Part shown: in pieces, positions 12,759 to 27,477 of the stretch
How positions within the stretch are numbered: the first letter of the stretch is position 1
Layout of the letters: every line of letters starts with the position of its first letter
The notes under the pieces: generated by a model
What the model was told of the DNA's origin: nothing
Databases searched by the model: none
What the model saw: only the letters and a program-made list of their open reading frames with translations
Position numbers and translations under genes: made by a program
DNA from: Chrysomallon squamiferum
Taxonomy: Eukaryota; Animalia; Mollusca
NCBI GenBank assembly: GCA_012295275.1
Contig: CM022671.1
Location: 8,308,001 to 8,372,000, forward strand
Length of the DNA: 64,000 nucleotides
Reading direction: 5' to 3'

Positions 12759-13792
12759 GAAATCCAGATGCCCGCGATCCTTTTCATTATTCCTTCCTCT
12801 TTTTTTGAAGATAATTAGCATCATCTGAGCCATAGAAAACACTGATCAAGGTTGACTGCTTTAGGGAGTTTTTCTTTCATATTTTTTTGTTTCTGAAATT
12901 ACGTTCCCTTTAGAAATAATGACTGCATTAAGTTAGTTAAACAGGACCGGTTTTGGAGAAGAAGAAAAAAGAAAATAATAGCATCATTGCCTTTGTAATG
13001 AATGTTTTCATTCTTTAGTCACATATCTCTACTACGGTGTTCTTTGTACACACGCAAACACGCACACGCACACACACACACGCACATATATTTACACATC
13101 CGTTCCTAGTATCAGTGTGTCAAAAGAAAAACATAAATGATAAAACGTAATATAGCTTTATTTTACATCGCAATAAATATTTTTTAATTTTTTTTTCTTC
13201 CAAAAAAAATGAACAATTTTAAGTATCACAGCGAAAATAACAAAATGAGCAGAATGAACACAAATATATAAGAACAACAATTTTGTCAATACATTTCACT
13301 AAGCGGCAGGCAACAGATAAAACAAGATAAATAATAAAGAAATATTAAGGGCTGTTGTTCAAGTAATTGTATGGGATCGTTAGAAGACTGAGGAAGCGGA
13401 AACTCTGCAGCGATTTACTAAGTCTGTCAGGGATTTTTCTTCTTAGCTTGTTATTTTATTATTATTCTTTATTATTATCATCAAAGATTTATCGCTAGCA
13501 TAATATAAAACAGTATCTTCTTAGAGTGTATTTGTTATTCAGATTTGTTTTCGTATCACGTAAGTACACTTTAATTAGGATTGTTCAGAAATATTTGCGA
13601 GTCTTGCTATTTTCTTTTCCCATTTAAAATATATGCAAGAATCTTTAATTTGTGTTAATCTTATTTATTATCACAGAATAATAATAAATATAATAATAAT
13701 AAAAACATCAAACATTTTACCTTTCATAAAAGTTTATAGCTACACGCATTAGGAAATTAAAATATTATGTTTACTCTGGAATGTCACCATCG

Positions 13793-13858
<66 letters not shown>

Positions 13859-14238
13859 TAAAATAATATTAATAACAGTAATAACAATAATAATATCAGC
13901 AGCTGCAATAACAACATCAATCAAATATTAATATAACAAGAAGAAATATACGCTTCAACAATAACAAACATGGATAATATAATGCTTAATCAATAAATAT
14001 TGTTATTTCACATTTTATTTTAATTTTTTTATTAATGTGGTATGGCAATTTCATAATGCTTTCAATGTCATTTATTCACAATATAGAGTAATTTATAAAT
14101 ACTTAAATAAAAACATATTTATGTCTAATGCTAATGCCATACATACACATACATATACATAATCTATTCATAATTACATACACACAGACATATATATACA
14201 CACAAACACACACACATATACATAAATGTATATGCTTA

Positions 14239-14270
<32 letters not shown>

Positions 14271-14764
14271 CATACATCCATGCTTACACATACATTCATA
14301 CTTATGTATTTAAGCCAATAACGATATTAAATTTTTCAAGCAGATAATATCAGTAAAAAATGATTGTTCATTACATTTAAACAAGTCACTGACAAATAAA
14401 CAGAGCTAATGATTAATATTTATATATCGTCACATAAACAAAAATAACGAACTTAATGAGAAATAATTAAATAAAAATTAAATAAATTTATGAAATTTTT
14501 GAAACAAAATATTTTATTTTCTGGAAGACAAGTTTTACTCTCACCGTTGTTAAATTCTGGATAAATACATGGGCACCATAACGATTCGAATGTTTGAATC
14601 TTTAATATATGTGTATGTGTGTCTTCATATAGATATATATTAAAAGCTATAAAATTGACTTCTTTTCATTTATCATCAGTTTCTTTAAAATATTTTTTTA
14701 TTAATATTTATTTGGTGTACAGAAAAAATAAATAATTTGGTTTATTTATTTATATATAGACATA

Positions 14765-14808
<44 letters not shown>

Positions 14809-15544
14809 TAAAAATGCACAGAAAATAAGACATCAAAATTTATCGAGAAGGGTTGCCTAAGACATTGTACAGGCTCTATTTGACACTGAATGATTTCACA
14901 TTTTCTACCTGCAGTCAAATTTTGCCTCCCTCATTGCAGACAAAAATAGTTAGACAATTGTCATAGTGTATATTGGATATATATAGTATATATAGAGTAT
15001 TTACAATATGATTTCACATTTTATGTATCTAACTACAAAAGAAAATAAATAAATAAATATATATAGATATGTGACCTAAATGAGATCAAGTTAACATATC
15101 GGAAAGAAAATAGATAGATATAACACAAACAAACAAACATACATACATACATACATACATACATACATACATACATACATACATACATACATACATACAT
15201 ACATACACACATAAACATATGCACGCACGCAGACAACGCAATACTTCAGTCGTTTTATGTCCACTTTAACTTTTACGAAATTGCATAACGCCAATTACTT
15301 CCCGTCTGACTGAAGCAGTTTGTCTGTCCACAGAACATTGCTTTTGAGACACGTTTTGAAAGGATTCACCGCGGAAATGAAGTGCTAGGAAATAAAGTGC
15401 AGAAATGAAGTGTCACTGAGGATACGGATCCTTTATGATATGTATCCTTTAGAAAATTAAACTGATCTTTAGCGGAGAAAGCTCACTGATGTTTATAGAG
15501 AGTTCTGTGTGCGAGACATTTAGTGAAATGTACTGAGCTGGTAA

Positions 15545-15875
15545 ATAATTAGATATGACTGATGTAGAGTATGTAACTTTATAACTGGCGAATCTTTTCA
15601 ATATCTAGAATATGAAACTTTTAACTGATATTATTATATAACTTTATGACTGAAAAAGATTATATAATTTTATAACTTACAAATATCATCAACACCTAGT
15701 ATATAAAACTTTTAACTGATAAATAGATTACATAACATTATAAATGACTAATTTTATCAACATCTAGATTTATACCACTTTATAACTGATATAGATTATA
15801 TAACTTTATGACTGGTAGAGATCATATAACTTTATAACTTACAAATCTTACAACCATCTCGAATATATTACTTCA
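15545..15875. repeat. Degenerate AT-rich minisatellite (ATAACTTTATAACT core)
   Basis: About 10 imperfect copies of A(T/A)AACTTT(A/T)(T)AACT, with recurring ATC(T/A)T..AA.ATCTAG. Confidence 0.7.
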
Positions 15876-16778
15876 TATCACTTTATTAACAAACTATTAC
15901 TCGACGATCATCACTTTTCTTTCGGTTAAACCATTTCCATTTCTTCACCCTCAGCTATTTCACAAAATATTTTTTTCGAACTTTTTCTCATTCTGATAAA
16001 ATTACGGCTTTGAGGATTTATAACACAGACAGACAAAAATCTTTATTTACACCTCGCGTTGCAAATCCTAAACGATTTCCCATAGCCACAGGGATAGCTT
16101 TCGCATTTTTAGTTGAATAAGAAATAAAATATGTTCTCCAATCCGACGCAGTAAGCTGCTTATGGTTCAATACGGCCAGCGTTATAAAACTTAGAATAAA
16201 GTGTTGTGTACAAACAGTCCGATAAACAAGCGCGTCTGAAGGTGAAATTAACGAGTCACGTTTAATTTATCGTCACCTGCGTCACAGAGAAGAAAGAAAG
16301 CGAAATATTTCGATCACCCGTTTTCGATTTGAAGTATTTCATTTAAAATTGATGTCTGTATTTAAAGCTTCGTTCTCACGGTATGTTTTATGATAACGAT
16401 AAACAAGCTGAATTAACCGAACGCTGAAACAAAACGAGAGAGAGAAAAAAAAGAATATTAAGATTTTTTTTTTTTTACCAAGATACAAACATTTAACTAA
16501 GAACGTTATTTTGAAATAAATAAATAATGAATATTGGCTTTTTTTTTTTTTCTTATATGTTGTAAGCATCAACATAATTATTTCTTTCAAAATAAACACG
16601 TTTTATACTTCCATAAAAAGAAAGTTATCTGTTTGTATAAAATATACAGCTTAGTTTGTTGTTTTGGGTTGTTTTTGTTTTTTTCTCAAATGATTCAATA
16701 TTTTTTTCATGAATTTTAAATTAACATGTGGATTCAAAAAAAAAAAAAAAAAAAAAAATCCAAACACTTAAAACGTAA

Positions 16779-17245
16779 TTATTCTAACAACTTCGAGTCA
16801 TTGCTTTCGGGACTTTTCTCGTCCAGAGCGTTATAACTTGTTGAGTTGCTTATAATGTTCTGAAGTTCTGATTCGTGCGTGTCCGAGCTGTTGAAGTAAA
16901 ACCTAGAATATATCAACACTCTCAGCTGGTACAAGCCGTGCAGTAAAACCTGCGACATGATGCCTAGCATGACGCACAAAACGCACGTGATCACCGCCTC
17001 TATCGGCTTCCGCCAGTTCATGAAGCTGTAGGCATAGTGGTGCTTTTCGCCGCCATTGTAGCTGGTGGCGACTGTTCCGTTATTCAGGAAGTAGAGGGCG
17101 TTGAAGAGCGCGTAAATGGATCCCAGCGTGATCGTGATGAACATGTGTAGCACTCGTATCGGCATGCCGCTTATCATGACGTCAACGATGACGTAGACGG
17201 TGTTCATGGTGTGTTTCAGGCGACTCATCGGCGTCATAAGAAGAG
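16779..17245 (-). CDS. Rolling stone-like exon 4 (LLMTPMSRLKHTMN...SKLLE*)
   Basis: Acceptor (A21)TCAG|CT preserves phase 1. GC-rich coding with three hydrophobic segments, ending in TAA at 16781-16779. Confidence 0.9.
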
Positions 17246-17785
17246 CTGATTTTTTTTTTTTTTTTTTTTTGGAATGAAATAAAATCAAAATTAATGATAT
17301 TCTTGAAGAATGTTCATTATGTAGAATATTCATTCTAAAGCTGATCAGGTAAAGTTTACGCTGACGTATAGCGCTGGAAGGTATGATTATAAACAGCTGG
17401 TTCTGTAATAATTATATTAATGAGTGTTGCGAGGGCGGTGAAAAAAAGCATATATATATAAAAAAGAAAAAATTGAGAAATTTTAATATAGGAAACCAGC
17501 TGCAAACTGTTTTTTTGAGAGAGGATGAGAGATCGGAAATTATTGTTTAAGAAATTTTATTTATGAAATGAAATAAAATGAAATAAAATGAAAAATAAAA
17601 ATAAAATAAAAATGATAGAGCTGAAAATATTATGGAAATGAAAATAAAAATAAAATAAAAATAAAAATAAAATAAAATAAAATAAAAATAAAATAAAATA
17701 AAATAAAATAAAAATAAAACAAAAAATATCCATTAACATAAAACAAAAGCGTATCTTTCAACTGCAGTGACGCAGCTCTACTTAC

Positions 17786-17914
17786 GAGAGTGGTCGAAGA
17801 GCACGATGTACGACCAGTACGACAGGGTGACCACGAGGGCGGAGTTGCAGCTCATGTTGTAGATGATCCACTGCAGACGTAGACACAGCGGCATGCTTCG
17901 CGAGTAGAGAGGAT
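17786..17914 (-). CDS. Rolling stone-like exon 3 (DPLYSRSMPLCLRLQWIIYNMSCNSALVVTLSYWSYIVLFDHS)
   Basis: Acceptor CATTTCAG|AT, donor CTCTC|GTAAGT, GC-rich codons. The frame differs from the listed ORF 17782-18018. Confidence 0.92.
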
Positions 17915-18015
17915 CTGAAATGTTTTAACAATGGATCTGAATGTGCGTCAGTAACTGAATGGTGTGTATATGTATGTGTAGTGTGTATATAGGTACACGT
18001 ATTTGCCAGGACCAC

Positions 18016-18050
<35 letters not shown>

Positions 18051-18330
18051 GCTCATTTGTGTTTCAGTAATTATGTGTATTTTGCGTATCAAAGAATTTG
18101 CAAGTAAATGTGTGTGAAATACAGAATCAGTGTAATATAGCTGTAAAATAACATGCACAGTATATAGAGATACTTTCAGAATTTCTTGTTATTCTCCCAG
18201 ACATACCTACCCGATAGATGCAGTGAGTGACACATGTTCACAAACGACATAAATAAATACCTATATACAAACATGACATTACAAACAAAAATGTATGGAT
18301 ACGTACATACATATACACATATATAATTAC

Positions 18331-18439
18331 ATATATACTATGAACATAAATACATCCGTCCATATATGCATATCCATTCATTCATCTATCCATCCATACA
18401 TTAATACATACATTAATACACACATTAACATATACGTAC
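18331..18439 (-). repeat. ~110-bp dispersed repeat, inverted copy of 10761-10867, in intron 2 of the rolling stone-like gene
   Basis: ATATATACTATGAACATAAATACATCCGTCCATATATGCATATCCATTCATTCATCTATCC is the reverse complement of the 10.8-kb copy. Confidence 0.85.
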
Positions 18440-18590
18440 ATATGTTCTACATGTACATATACATTAATACATAAATACGTACGTACGTACATACATATAT
18501 AAAGTCATTCATAATGTAGTACCTGAAAATAATTATTTTTAAGACAAAATTACCTGTTAGTCTTGTTACAAGGAAAACAAAAGCCAAACA

Positions 18591-18652
<62 letters not shown>

Positions 18653-19156
18653 TGTTCCTGCGGAAAGGTTTTATTTTAAAAACACCACTGCATGAAAAAA
18701 CAATAAACTTATTTATTTCATAATAAAAGTAAAATCAACTCAAATAATGTCAATATATTACTGTTATAAATAACCACATGATACAATTCACGAATGAAAA
18801 TAGATTTAAAAATACAATTTACTGAGAACATGATATTTGATTTTCTATTTTAAAAGTTCCAGTCCATTAAAACATATTGATGGAATTCGTTTACTATGTC
18901 TTTACTTACATTAAGATCAACATAGTTGCTGTTTTCTTAATAACTCTTATAAGCTGATTTATAATGTTTAGCTGTATTTAATATATTAGTTTACCGAAGT
19001 TATTATTTAGTACATGGATATAACAGTAGGTAACAATATATGATAATGGGAATATAACGGGTTATTGAAACACATTTAAATATACGTGCTGTTTTCCGTA
19101 CCATAGTTATTAATATAAATAGATAAAAAAAAAAAAAAAAAAAAAAAAGGTTTTAA

Positions 19157-19294
19157 AAAGAACCGGTCGCTTTCAGGTGAAAATTACTGGGAAATATTAA
19201 TGTTTTGAATATAAACCAAATGATTGCTTTTTTCCTTCGATTTATTTTATTATAAACTAGTTAGTAATCTTGAAAATTCTGCGACCGGTTCTCT
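19157..19294. mobile_element. 138-bp MITE with 14-bp TIRs and TTAA target duplication (Kolobok- or piggyBac-type)
   Basis: TTAA|AAAGAACCGGTCGC (19153-19170) ... GCGACCGGTTCTCT|TTAA (19281-19298), 13/14 match. Purine-purine termini plus TTAA fit Kolobok better than piggyBac. Confidence 0.65.
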
Positions 19295-19439
19295 TTAAGA
19301 AAACTGAAATACATAACAAAATCAGCTATAATATGATTCCATGGACCACAAACCGCGTAGCATTTATATTAAAACATAGCAAAGCATTCCAATGAACCTT
19401 TTTTTTTTTTCATATTCAGGACAGGAAAGGGTGAATATA

Positions 19440-19474
<35 letters not shown>

Positions 19475-20020
19475 GCAGGAAATCGTCAGGTGTATGCTAT
19501 TATCAACATCCCTAGTCATCACACTGACCTAGCCTAGCGTGCCCGCAGTTAGAAGAGATCAGATTAAGCTTGTGTGTTTCGTTTAGGTAAGAACCCAGTT
19601 ACTCACCAACATCGTCTTCAATATTATCAATGTCAATTCTCGGAGTGAACCGCTCCCTCGGGCCTGTTAACGAGTTTCAGTCAGTTAACTACATTTTTTA
19701 TTTATTTTTATTTTATTTTAATATGTAATTCTTCAAATTAAAAATAAATAAGTCGAGGATTTGTGTTAGGATTGATGGTGGTATTGTTGTTTTGTTTATT
19801 TTATTAAATTGGGTAGATGTGTTTATATGGTTACTGATTTACTATACTCTTGGTTCATTCTGTTTTTAATATTTGAACAGTATATTTAAAAACAGATATC
19901 AGTGGACAGTGGTAACTCTATCCTGTATTTTACTAAAGACTTTTATAAAAGACAAAACAAAAAACAAACAAACAAAACATAACATAACAAAACAAAAAAA
20001 AAAAAAAAACATGAATAGTA

Positions 20021-20054
<34 letters not shown>

Positions 20055-20614
20055 TAATAACAACATAAATCAACAACAACAACAACAACACAATAATAAG
20101 GATAATGATAACAAAAGCATATTAATAAGAAGGATTGATAAATAAATACTCTAATACATATATATATATATAAATAAATAAATAAATAAACAATAAATAA
20201 ATACAATTTTAATAAACAAACGAAGATCACAAACGTGTTCACACACACACACACACACACAGTCGCATAATGAAGCCATGAAAGTGATAACCTTGACCTT
20301 GCTTAAGCCGGGTTCAATTCACAGTGGGAGGAATATTCATTACGTAATAAATATTTCATGAGGATGTTTGTAAGGTATTAACGCTAACGCTATGTAATAT
20401 GGCAGCAATTTAGATGATAGGACATTTCATTTCAGCATTAGGCAGTTCTCCATATTCGATTAAGAGGAACATATCTATGGATGTGAATTGTTATTATTAT
20501 TATTTTATTTGAGTATTTGACCAAAAAAAAAAAAAAAAAAAAAATAATAATTTGAATCGTTAATGACATTTCGCCAACGCATTCCTATTTCTGAAGCTTC
20601 AGCTATTTTTTAAA

Positions 20615-20682
<68 letters not shown>

Positions 20683-21738
20683 ATAACATAAACATACAAA
20701 TAAAATATCTTTCATAACATAAACATACAAATAAAATATCTTCTGCACGTAATACAGAAATTGGAGATAGCCAATTTCTACTTGCTTCGATCTAAAAAGA
20801 TTTCACAGCATTAAGCAATGTTGTTAAAATAACTATTAATCTGTTGCTTTTCCTTTGGTCGGTATCCTTCCTACTGTATACTTGGATTTATCACAGCTTC
20901 AGAGAGGAAAATAAAAATAATAACATGACCTTGTACACGATGTTACCGCCGCAATAAATATTTCCCAAATAAAAGCCATTCATCCTGGAAATATAAAAAT
21001 AATGGAAGAGTGCAACTTGAAAAACTGCTGAAAGAGTAGTAAAGCTCACGTCAATCAAGTTATTAATAAGCTGAATCGTCAATGACGGTCTGATAACAAA
21101 ATCAATGAAATTAATGACTCTTCGTAAAAGGAGTTGATGAACTTTAGCAAATATACAGCTCGTATCAATTAAGCCAATACTCAACGGGGAGGCGAGGGAG
21201 AAAGAGAGGATGATTTGGACCAGTCAACCAGAGGCCCTAAGTCATTAAGATAATCTCCATCGGGAGACTGACTGAATAGCGGAGAAGAAGATTTTCACGT
21301 GGAAACCAGATCCTCGAGTAATTAAGTCAAATCCACAGCTGCAAGCGGAATGAGTCTCCTGGAGAAAGATTTCTGAACCAGATACGTTACATCGCAGCCT
21401 ATCCGACTGTCAGCATTTTGTTTTTCAGTTAAGCGAACTGTTTTCTTTTAAAAGAGGATTATAGAACAGAACTGAAAGGAAAACGTCTAAGGATTTCTAA
21501 CAGTATTGATTCTGGAAAAAGGTTAAATATTATAATTGTCACGGAAATGCGGATGACACCTCTGATGCTCGATGTATCAATTACTTGTCTTGTAGGGATT
21601 TGTTTGTTTGCTTCTTTTAGACTATAACAATAAATTATTAGTTTCTTTTCTGTATATATATAATGAGATTTGGCTTTGCTGTGAACATTTTTGTTCATAT
21701 TTAATTAAGATTTAATTTCTCTTTGTTCGTAGTCTTAC

Positions 21739-21967
21739 CTACGATCCAGTACTCTCTGGAGGTGTACAGTATTGCGGTGAGCGCCTGATACAACGCCGAC
21801 AACATCAGCAACATGAAGCTCCAGTTGGTGGCGAAGATGAACCATTTGTAAACCTTTCCTTCGTAGAACTCCCCCGTTTCGTAGGCCACGTCAGCAATAC
21901 ACCATCCACTAATTGCTATGGCAACCAGAATACGGTACAATACGAATAATCGTGGATTGATGGGCCA
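21739..21967 (-). CDS. Rolling stone-like exon 2 (WPINPRLFVLYRIL...WFIFATNWSF...EYWIV)
   Basis: Acceptor TTTCTTCTTGCAG|TGG, donor GTAG|GTAAGA. Two hydrophobic segments. Lies within ORF 21701-21973. Confidence 0.92.
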
Positions 21968-24900
21968 CTGCAAGAAGAAATGAAAGAAGTTAAATTAGAT
22001 AAATTAGAACGTAAATTGTAAAAATCCAGTGCTGCATAGTAAAATACACGACAGCTCTAAGACTTAAAGAAATAAAAATAAAATAAAATAAAATAAGTAA
22101 GGAAGATAATAAATTAATAATAATAAAGCTTGAATGAACAGATATTAGGAGTCAGACATGTTTTTTATTTTTTATTTCTTATTATTTTTTTTTCCACATT
22201 AATGATGATATAAGTCACGACTTAAAGGTCCACTCTGATTGATTTGTAATAATTCTGTATATCAGTTTTCTCATAACACGATACCACATGAAGGAAATAG
22301 CACGTTGGTGCACTACATATAACAAGATTCATCTGTACACACACGCATACACATACATATACACACACATATACACACATACACACACATACACACACAT
22401 ACACACACAAACACACACATACACACACATACACACACAAACACACACACACACACCAAACACAAAACTTGAATCTTTCAAAAATAAATACTATTAAAGA
22501 GGAGATATTTTGAAAGGAAAATATTTTCAAAACTCGAACATTTTTTAAAACAAATACTATTAAAAAGGTGATAGTTTGAAATGGATTTTTTTTTTTTGAA
22601 AACTCGAATCTTATAAAAACAAATGCTATTGACAATCATTTTTTAAATACAAAATACTCAATTTTACGCACACGTTATAAATGTTCCTATAATTCACAGT
22701 GCTAATGTGACAACATAAGTAATTAGACTAATACTGAAATATTCATTGCAAACATAGATAATTCACTGGATTCATCGAGTCGACTTAGCTTTACTTAGCT
22801 TCAGTTTAATTATCCCTGCACCTGTCGCTCGATTTCATTTTCTTTTGTATTCGAGTCAATGCACCGAGTAACTAAAACCCAGCAACGCCTTGCAGATGTA
22901 GTTTGTAACAGTGACACATTTGTGTTTATTTTCTTTATTAATAATAGTAATTATAACACACCGGTTAAAGAAATCAATCGAACGCCTACATTGTTATTCG
23001 ATTGACCAGTTTCACGGACTAATTTTGGTTAGTGCTTGGTATTTACTGTTGTATGTATTCATTTATCAGCAATTACTTTGAAAAATCTCCATTAACATTT
23101 GCTGACTATGCAGTTTTACAAGTAATAGGGAGGGAATGCTTTGATAATAAAGTTTTGTTATGAAAATTTGAGTAGCTAATCTGGTACGACCTTTTGCATT
23201 GAATGTAATATATTATTATTTTGTTTTAATCATGTTTGCAAACCTTTTGACAAAAGGTATTTGTGTTGTTGATAGATATATAGACAGATAAATAAATTGA
23301 AAGACAGATACAGATATATTCAGAGGTGTATCTCTGCACATAATTTATTGTTTTAATATAGGCTACTTCTAGTATGTTTTTCTTTTTTCTTTCTTTCTTT
23401 CTTTTTTTTACTTTATAAGATAATAATGTTAGTTAATGATTACCCACTAACAAAAATAAATTAATAAAGAAATACTTAATAATAGCCCCATTATATACGT
23501 CTAACGAAATGAAATCTTTTTTTACTCGAATGTTTTGTTTATTTTCTTTCTGTACAGAACAACACTACATAAGCATAATTACTTCCAGAAGGAAAATTTC
23601 TTTCAAAGAGCTGAATCGAAGTAATGAATACTACAAACAAATCACGATGCTAAACGACAAGGGTTGTTCGTCCAAACTGTGGATCATTAATATTAATCAA
23701 GTTTGTTTGTCTCCCCTGAGGAAGTGAATTTGTGAATCTTTTACTTCGTGGTTTAGGTATTACCAGGATCGTCTCAAATAAATCATTTGATTTATTTAGA
23801 AGAAGAATCGATGCAAGAAACATAGCAAATGGTAATCTTGTAGTTTATTACACCTTGCAAACAATGGTTTTACTGAATATTTTGCTACGTTTGGTCGTTT
23901 TGCTGTCAGTTCAAATAATACAGAAGAAGAAACGCAAAACTGTCTACGCTCGTTTTGACTCGAAAAATTTCTTTTCCCTTAGTTGTTTGCTCTTGTATTT
24001 ATCGATGATGTTTGGTTGTTTTTAATGTCATGCTATCTATCTCAATTGCATTAAAACCACACACACACACACACACACAAAAATAAGATCTTAAAATCTG
24101 GAACCAGCAGTGATGGGGGGGGTTTACAAAATTGATTTGACAAATCAAAGTAGGCGTAGAACAGGTTTCATTTGACTTTTTATAATATTTGCACAGCAGT
24201 AAAACAATAAACTCCATCAAAATACTGAGTAAAACCTTTACTGGCAAGATCTAAACAGCAGAATTGGAAATAATCATATTAAATTAAATTACAAGTCTAA
24301 TATCGTAATATCAAAAGCCAGGAATTGCAGCAAATAAAAACATAAACTGGAAAAAGCAATTACCAGCCACGGATGATTTTAAGTTGTTTTAGCAGCCGTA
24401 AACATAAAATAAGCAAGCTGTCTCTCATAGCACCGGTTTAATTATAGCAGCAGATGTTTCGTTTCGTTGATGTCCCACCTTCTCTTTCAGAGCACCGACA
24501 ATAATTTAGCCAGCTAATGGACTATCAGTCATTGAGCAGACATATTAAAGTTCTGACAAGGAATTGTCAATATTTGAAATATTTAGCCAAACAAAGTGAC
24601 GTTTAATAACCAAATATTTACTACGAAGTGGAACCGTGTGGCCAGACACTTTTATCAATAACTCTATAAACACGTTTATATTGCCTTCTCCGGTCAGTGT
24701 CAAATTCGATTGATCGTTGGCTTCTCTCTAATGGCAGAACAATGAAACCGTTACTGTTGATTAATCAGGGTTAGTTTGCTTTCCTAAACGACTCCAAATT
24801 AGAAGTCACCAGTCTGTAAATGGATATTGTCCGGTTTTGGTGGTCAAACTAATTGGTTTACAGGTGTTGGAGTGACTTTCCTTTCACAAGCAGTGGGTCA

Positions 24901-26981
24901 ATACATCTCGACTAGCGAGAAACTGATTTCCTGTTCCAGCGAGGCTGCGAGGTGGCCATAATGAAAGTGTATCCTTCAGCACAAGCATCAGAATAGATTT
25001 GTATCTGCATATGTGTACGCTTGTATGCACCATATATCCATCCATCCATCCATCCATCCATCCATCCATCCATCCATTCATCCATACATCCATCCATACA
25101 TGCGTACATACATAAATACATACATATTCACAGGGGTGCCATAAGTTCGAGTCTCGTCAGCGGTATATGACAAGGTTTGGGAGTCGTTATAGGACAGAAT
25201 ATTAAAGTACATACATACATACATACATACATACATACACACATACAAATTGATAAATTGTTCTGAATAGTTTTAAATTTATAAGCGTGTTGCCATTTAA
25301 AACGGCTCTGATTTATCTATCAGATAAAACTCTGTCGACGTAATACAATATCCTGAAGTAAATCGTAATATACATCCAAATAGATTTTTGGTATTAGTCA
25401 ACTAAATATCTCGAGTAAGATTCAAATTAGAGGGGTTTTTTTGTTGTTTTTTTCTAGTGTTTAAAAAATCTAATTAGAGCAAACAATTTTAAAAATCATT
25501 GTTTGTTGTTTTGTGGGTTTAATTTTTTTAAAAATCAAAAATAAATTACAAAAACTATCTACAAAATAATTATTTTCAAAACTATTAAAAAAATATACAA
25601 ATACTGAACATTTATTCGATATCGACTGATTAATTATAATAAATACTGTTTTATTCTATACGTTTATTATCATGAAATTCTGTTCATAAATCCATCAATA
25701 TTTTCGTCACGAAATCTACACCTTACTAAATCTGAGTACTTGTCTTATTTAAACAAAACCTGAACAAAACCAGTGATATTTATACTACTACAAAACTCTG
25801 GAATTCTTTATTTCAAATGAATGGAAAATGTGACTGCACGTTTTGCACGCTGCAAGTAATTACATCATCCACACAGACAGCACAAAAAATCAGAGCAACA
25901 ATTACATTTTAACGCCTCGTTAATCTGGAAACCGGGCACCTAGAAATCTTGTGGGCGTCTAAGGCAGCCACGTGTCTGTTCCACTTCTCGTCTGCCGCGT
26001 GCCAGACAGACGAGGACAATAAAGTCGATCACACGCACAATATCCTCGATGGTTGATTATTGTAACGTAATTATCTTTGTATTTATTGACCTAGAGACGA
26101 GCAAAGACCGATAACCGCGTTGCGAGACCTGCGTATCGATTGTTATTGACAGAAGCGGCGAAATCCCCATGCTGATGAAGCAGGAATTGATTGCTCTTTT
26201 CAGCCGAGAAATCAAAAGTTCACTTTCTGGGCTTCGAAAAACGTGAGAGTGAAGCTCTTCATGTGAAAATTACCTCGGTTACGTTAGTCTGGAGTTTATG
26301 CCCAATTAACCCAGACGGGAAAAACTTTTGAGGGGAAATAAGCAGGTGAGAAGGTGAATGTTGCGTCATCTTTTGATGTCATCGGAAAAATAATGAATGG
26401 TGAGACTTTTTAAAAAGAAATTTACCAAAGTCACCATTATCATTTTTCAAATTCAGAATTATAATGGGTTACATAATGCAACTAGTCCACAAAGTAGTAG
26501 GGAAGCTTTATGATGGTAAAAAAAAAAAAAAATAAAAAAATAATAATAATAATAATAAATAATAAAAGATCTGTATATTTTTTCACCTTAATTAAATATG
26601 ATTGATAAGCCCTTAATCAATAAGTACGGAAGCTGCCATTTATGATGCTTTAAAAAAAAATAATAATAAGAAATAAAAGATCTGTATATCTTTCACCTTA
26701 ATTAAATTTGATCGAAAGAGACAGATTTAATCCATGTAATGGATGTACACCTTATTATTAGATGACACTCGATGTGTTCAAAATTGATCTACGACGTAAC
26801 AAAAGTCATGATCTGATAAATCATATCTCTCTGACAGCCTGACGATGATGAAGAAGTAAAAACAAAAAGTAAAACTATGACATAGCTAACAGCAAAAATG
26901 GAATTAAAACTATTCTTGCCAAGTTTCACTTTTTATATATTCTTTTTCTTCAGAAAACAAAAACTTTTGGATGAAAAGCAG

Positions 26982-27091
<110 letters not shown>

Positions 27092-27371
27092 AAAGTAATG
27101 TGCATATCAAGATTCCCTGGGTCCTCTAGGACTGTTACAAGACTGATGAACATGCTGGCTTCATTTGTTATCATTTCCTTAGAAAAGACACGTTGAGTTA
27201 TTTTAGTTCACTGTTTTTGCCAGTTTTTGGATTCCATAGATTTTGATTTAACATTCTAAATTATTTTCTCCAGTCAGATTCCTTGAACAGTTTTAGATAA
27301 ACAGTTATTTTATCCGTCAGTCAATCGATCCTTCCATGCACCCATCTATCAAATAATCACAGGTCACCCAG

Positions 27372-27477
<106 letters not shown>

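Noticed and set aside
17246-17333. N-terminal extension MNILH...KKKKKKKS of the 184-aa ORF
   Set aside because: AT-rich intronic sequence with poly-A; the gene continues via splicing to exon 3.
17782-18018. 78-aa ORF overlapping exon 3
   Set aside because: Wrong frame; the splice-consistent frame gives the rolling stone motifs.
25130-25170. B-box-like GTTCGAGTC
   Set aside because: Isolated motif next to microsatellites without an A-box; at most a SINE scrap.
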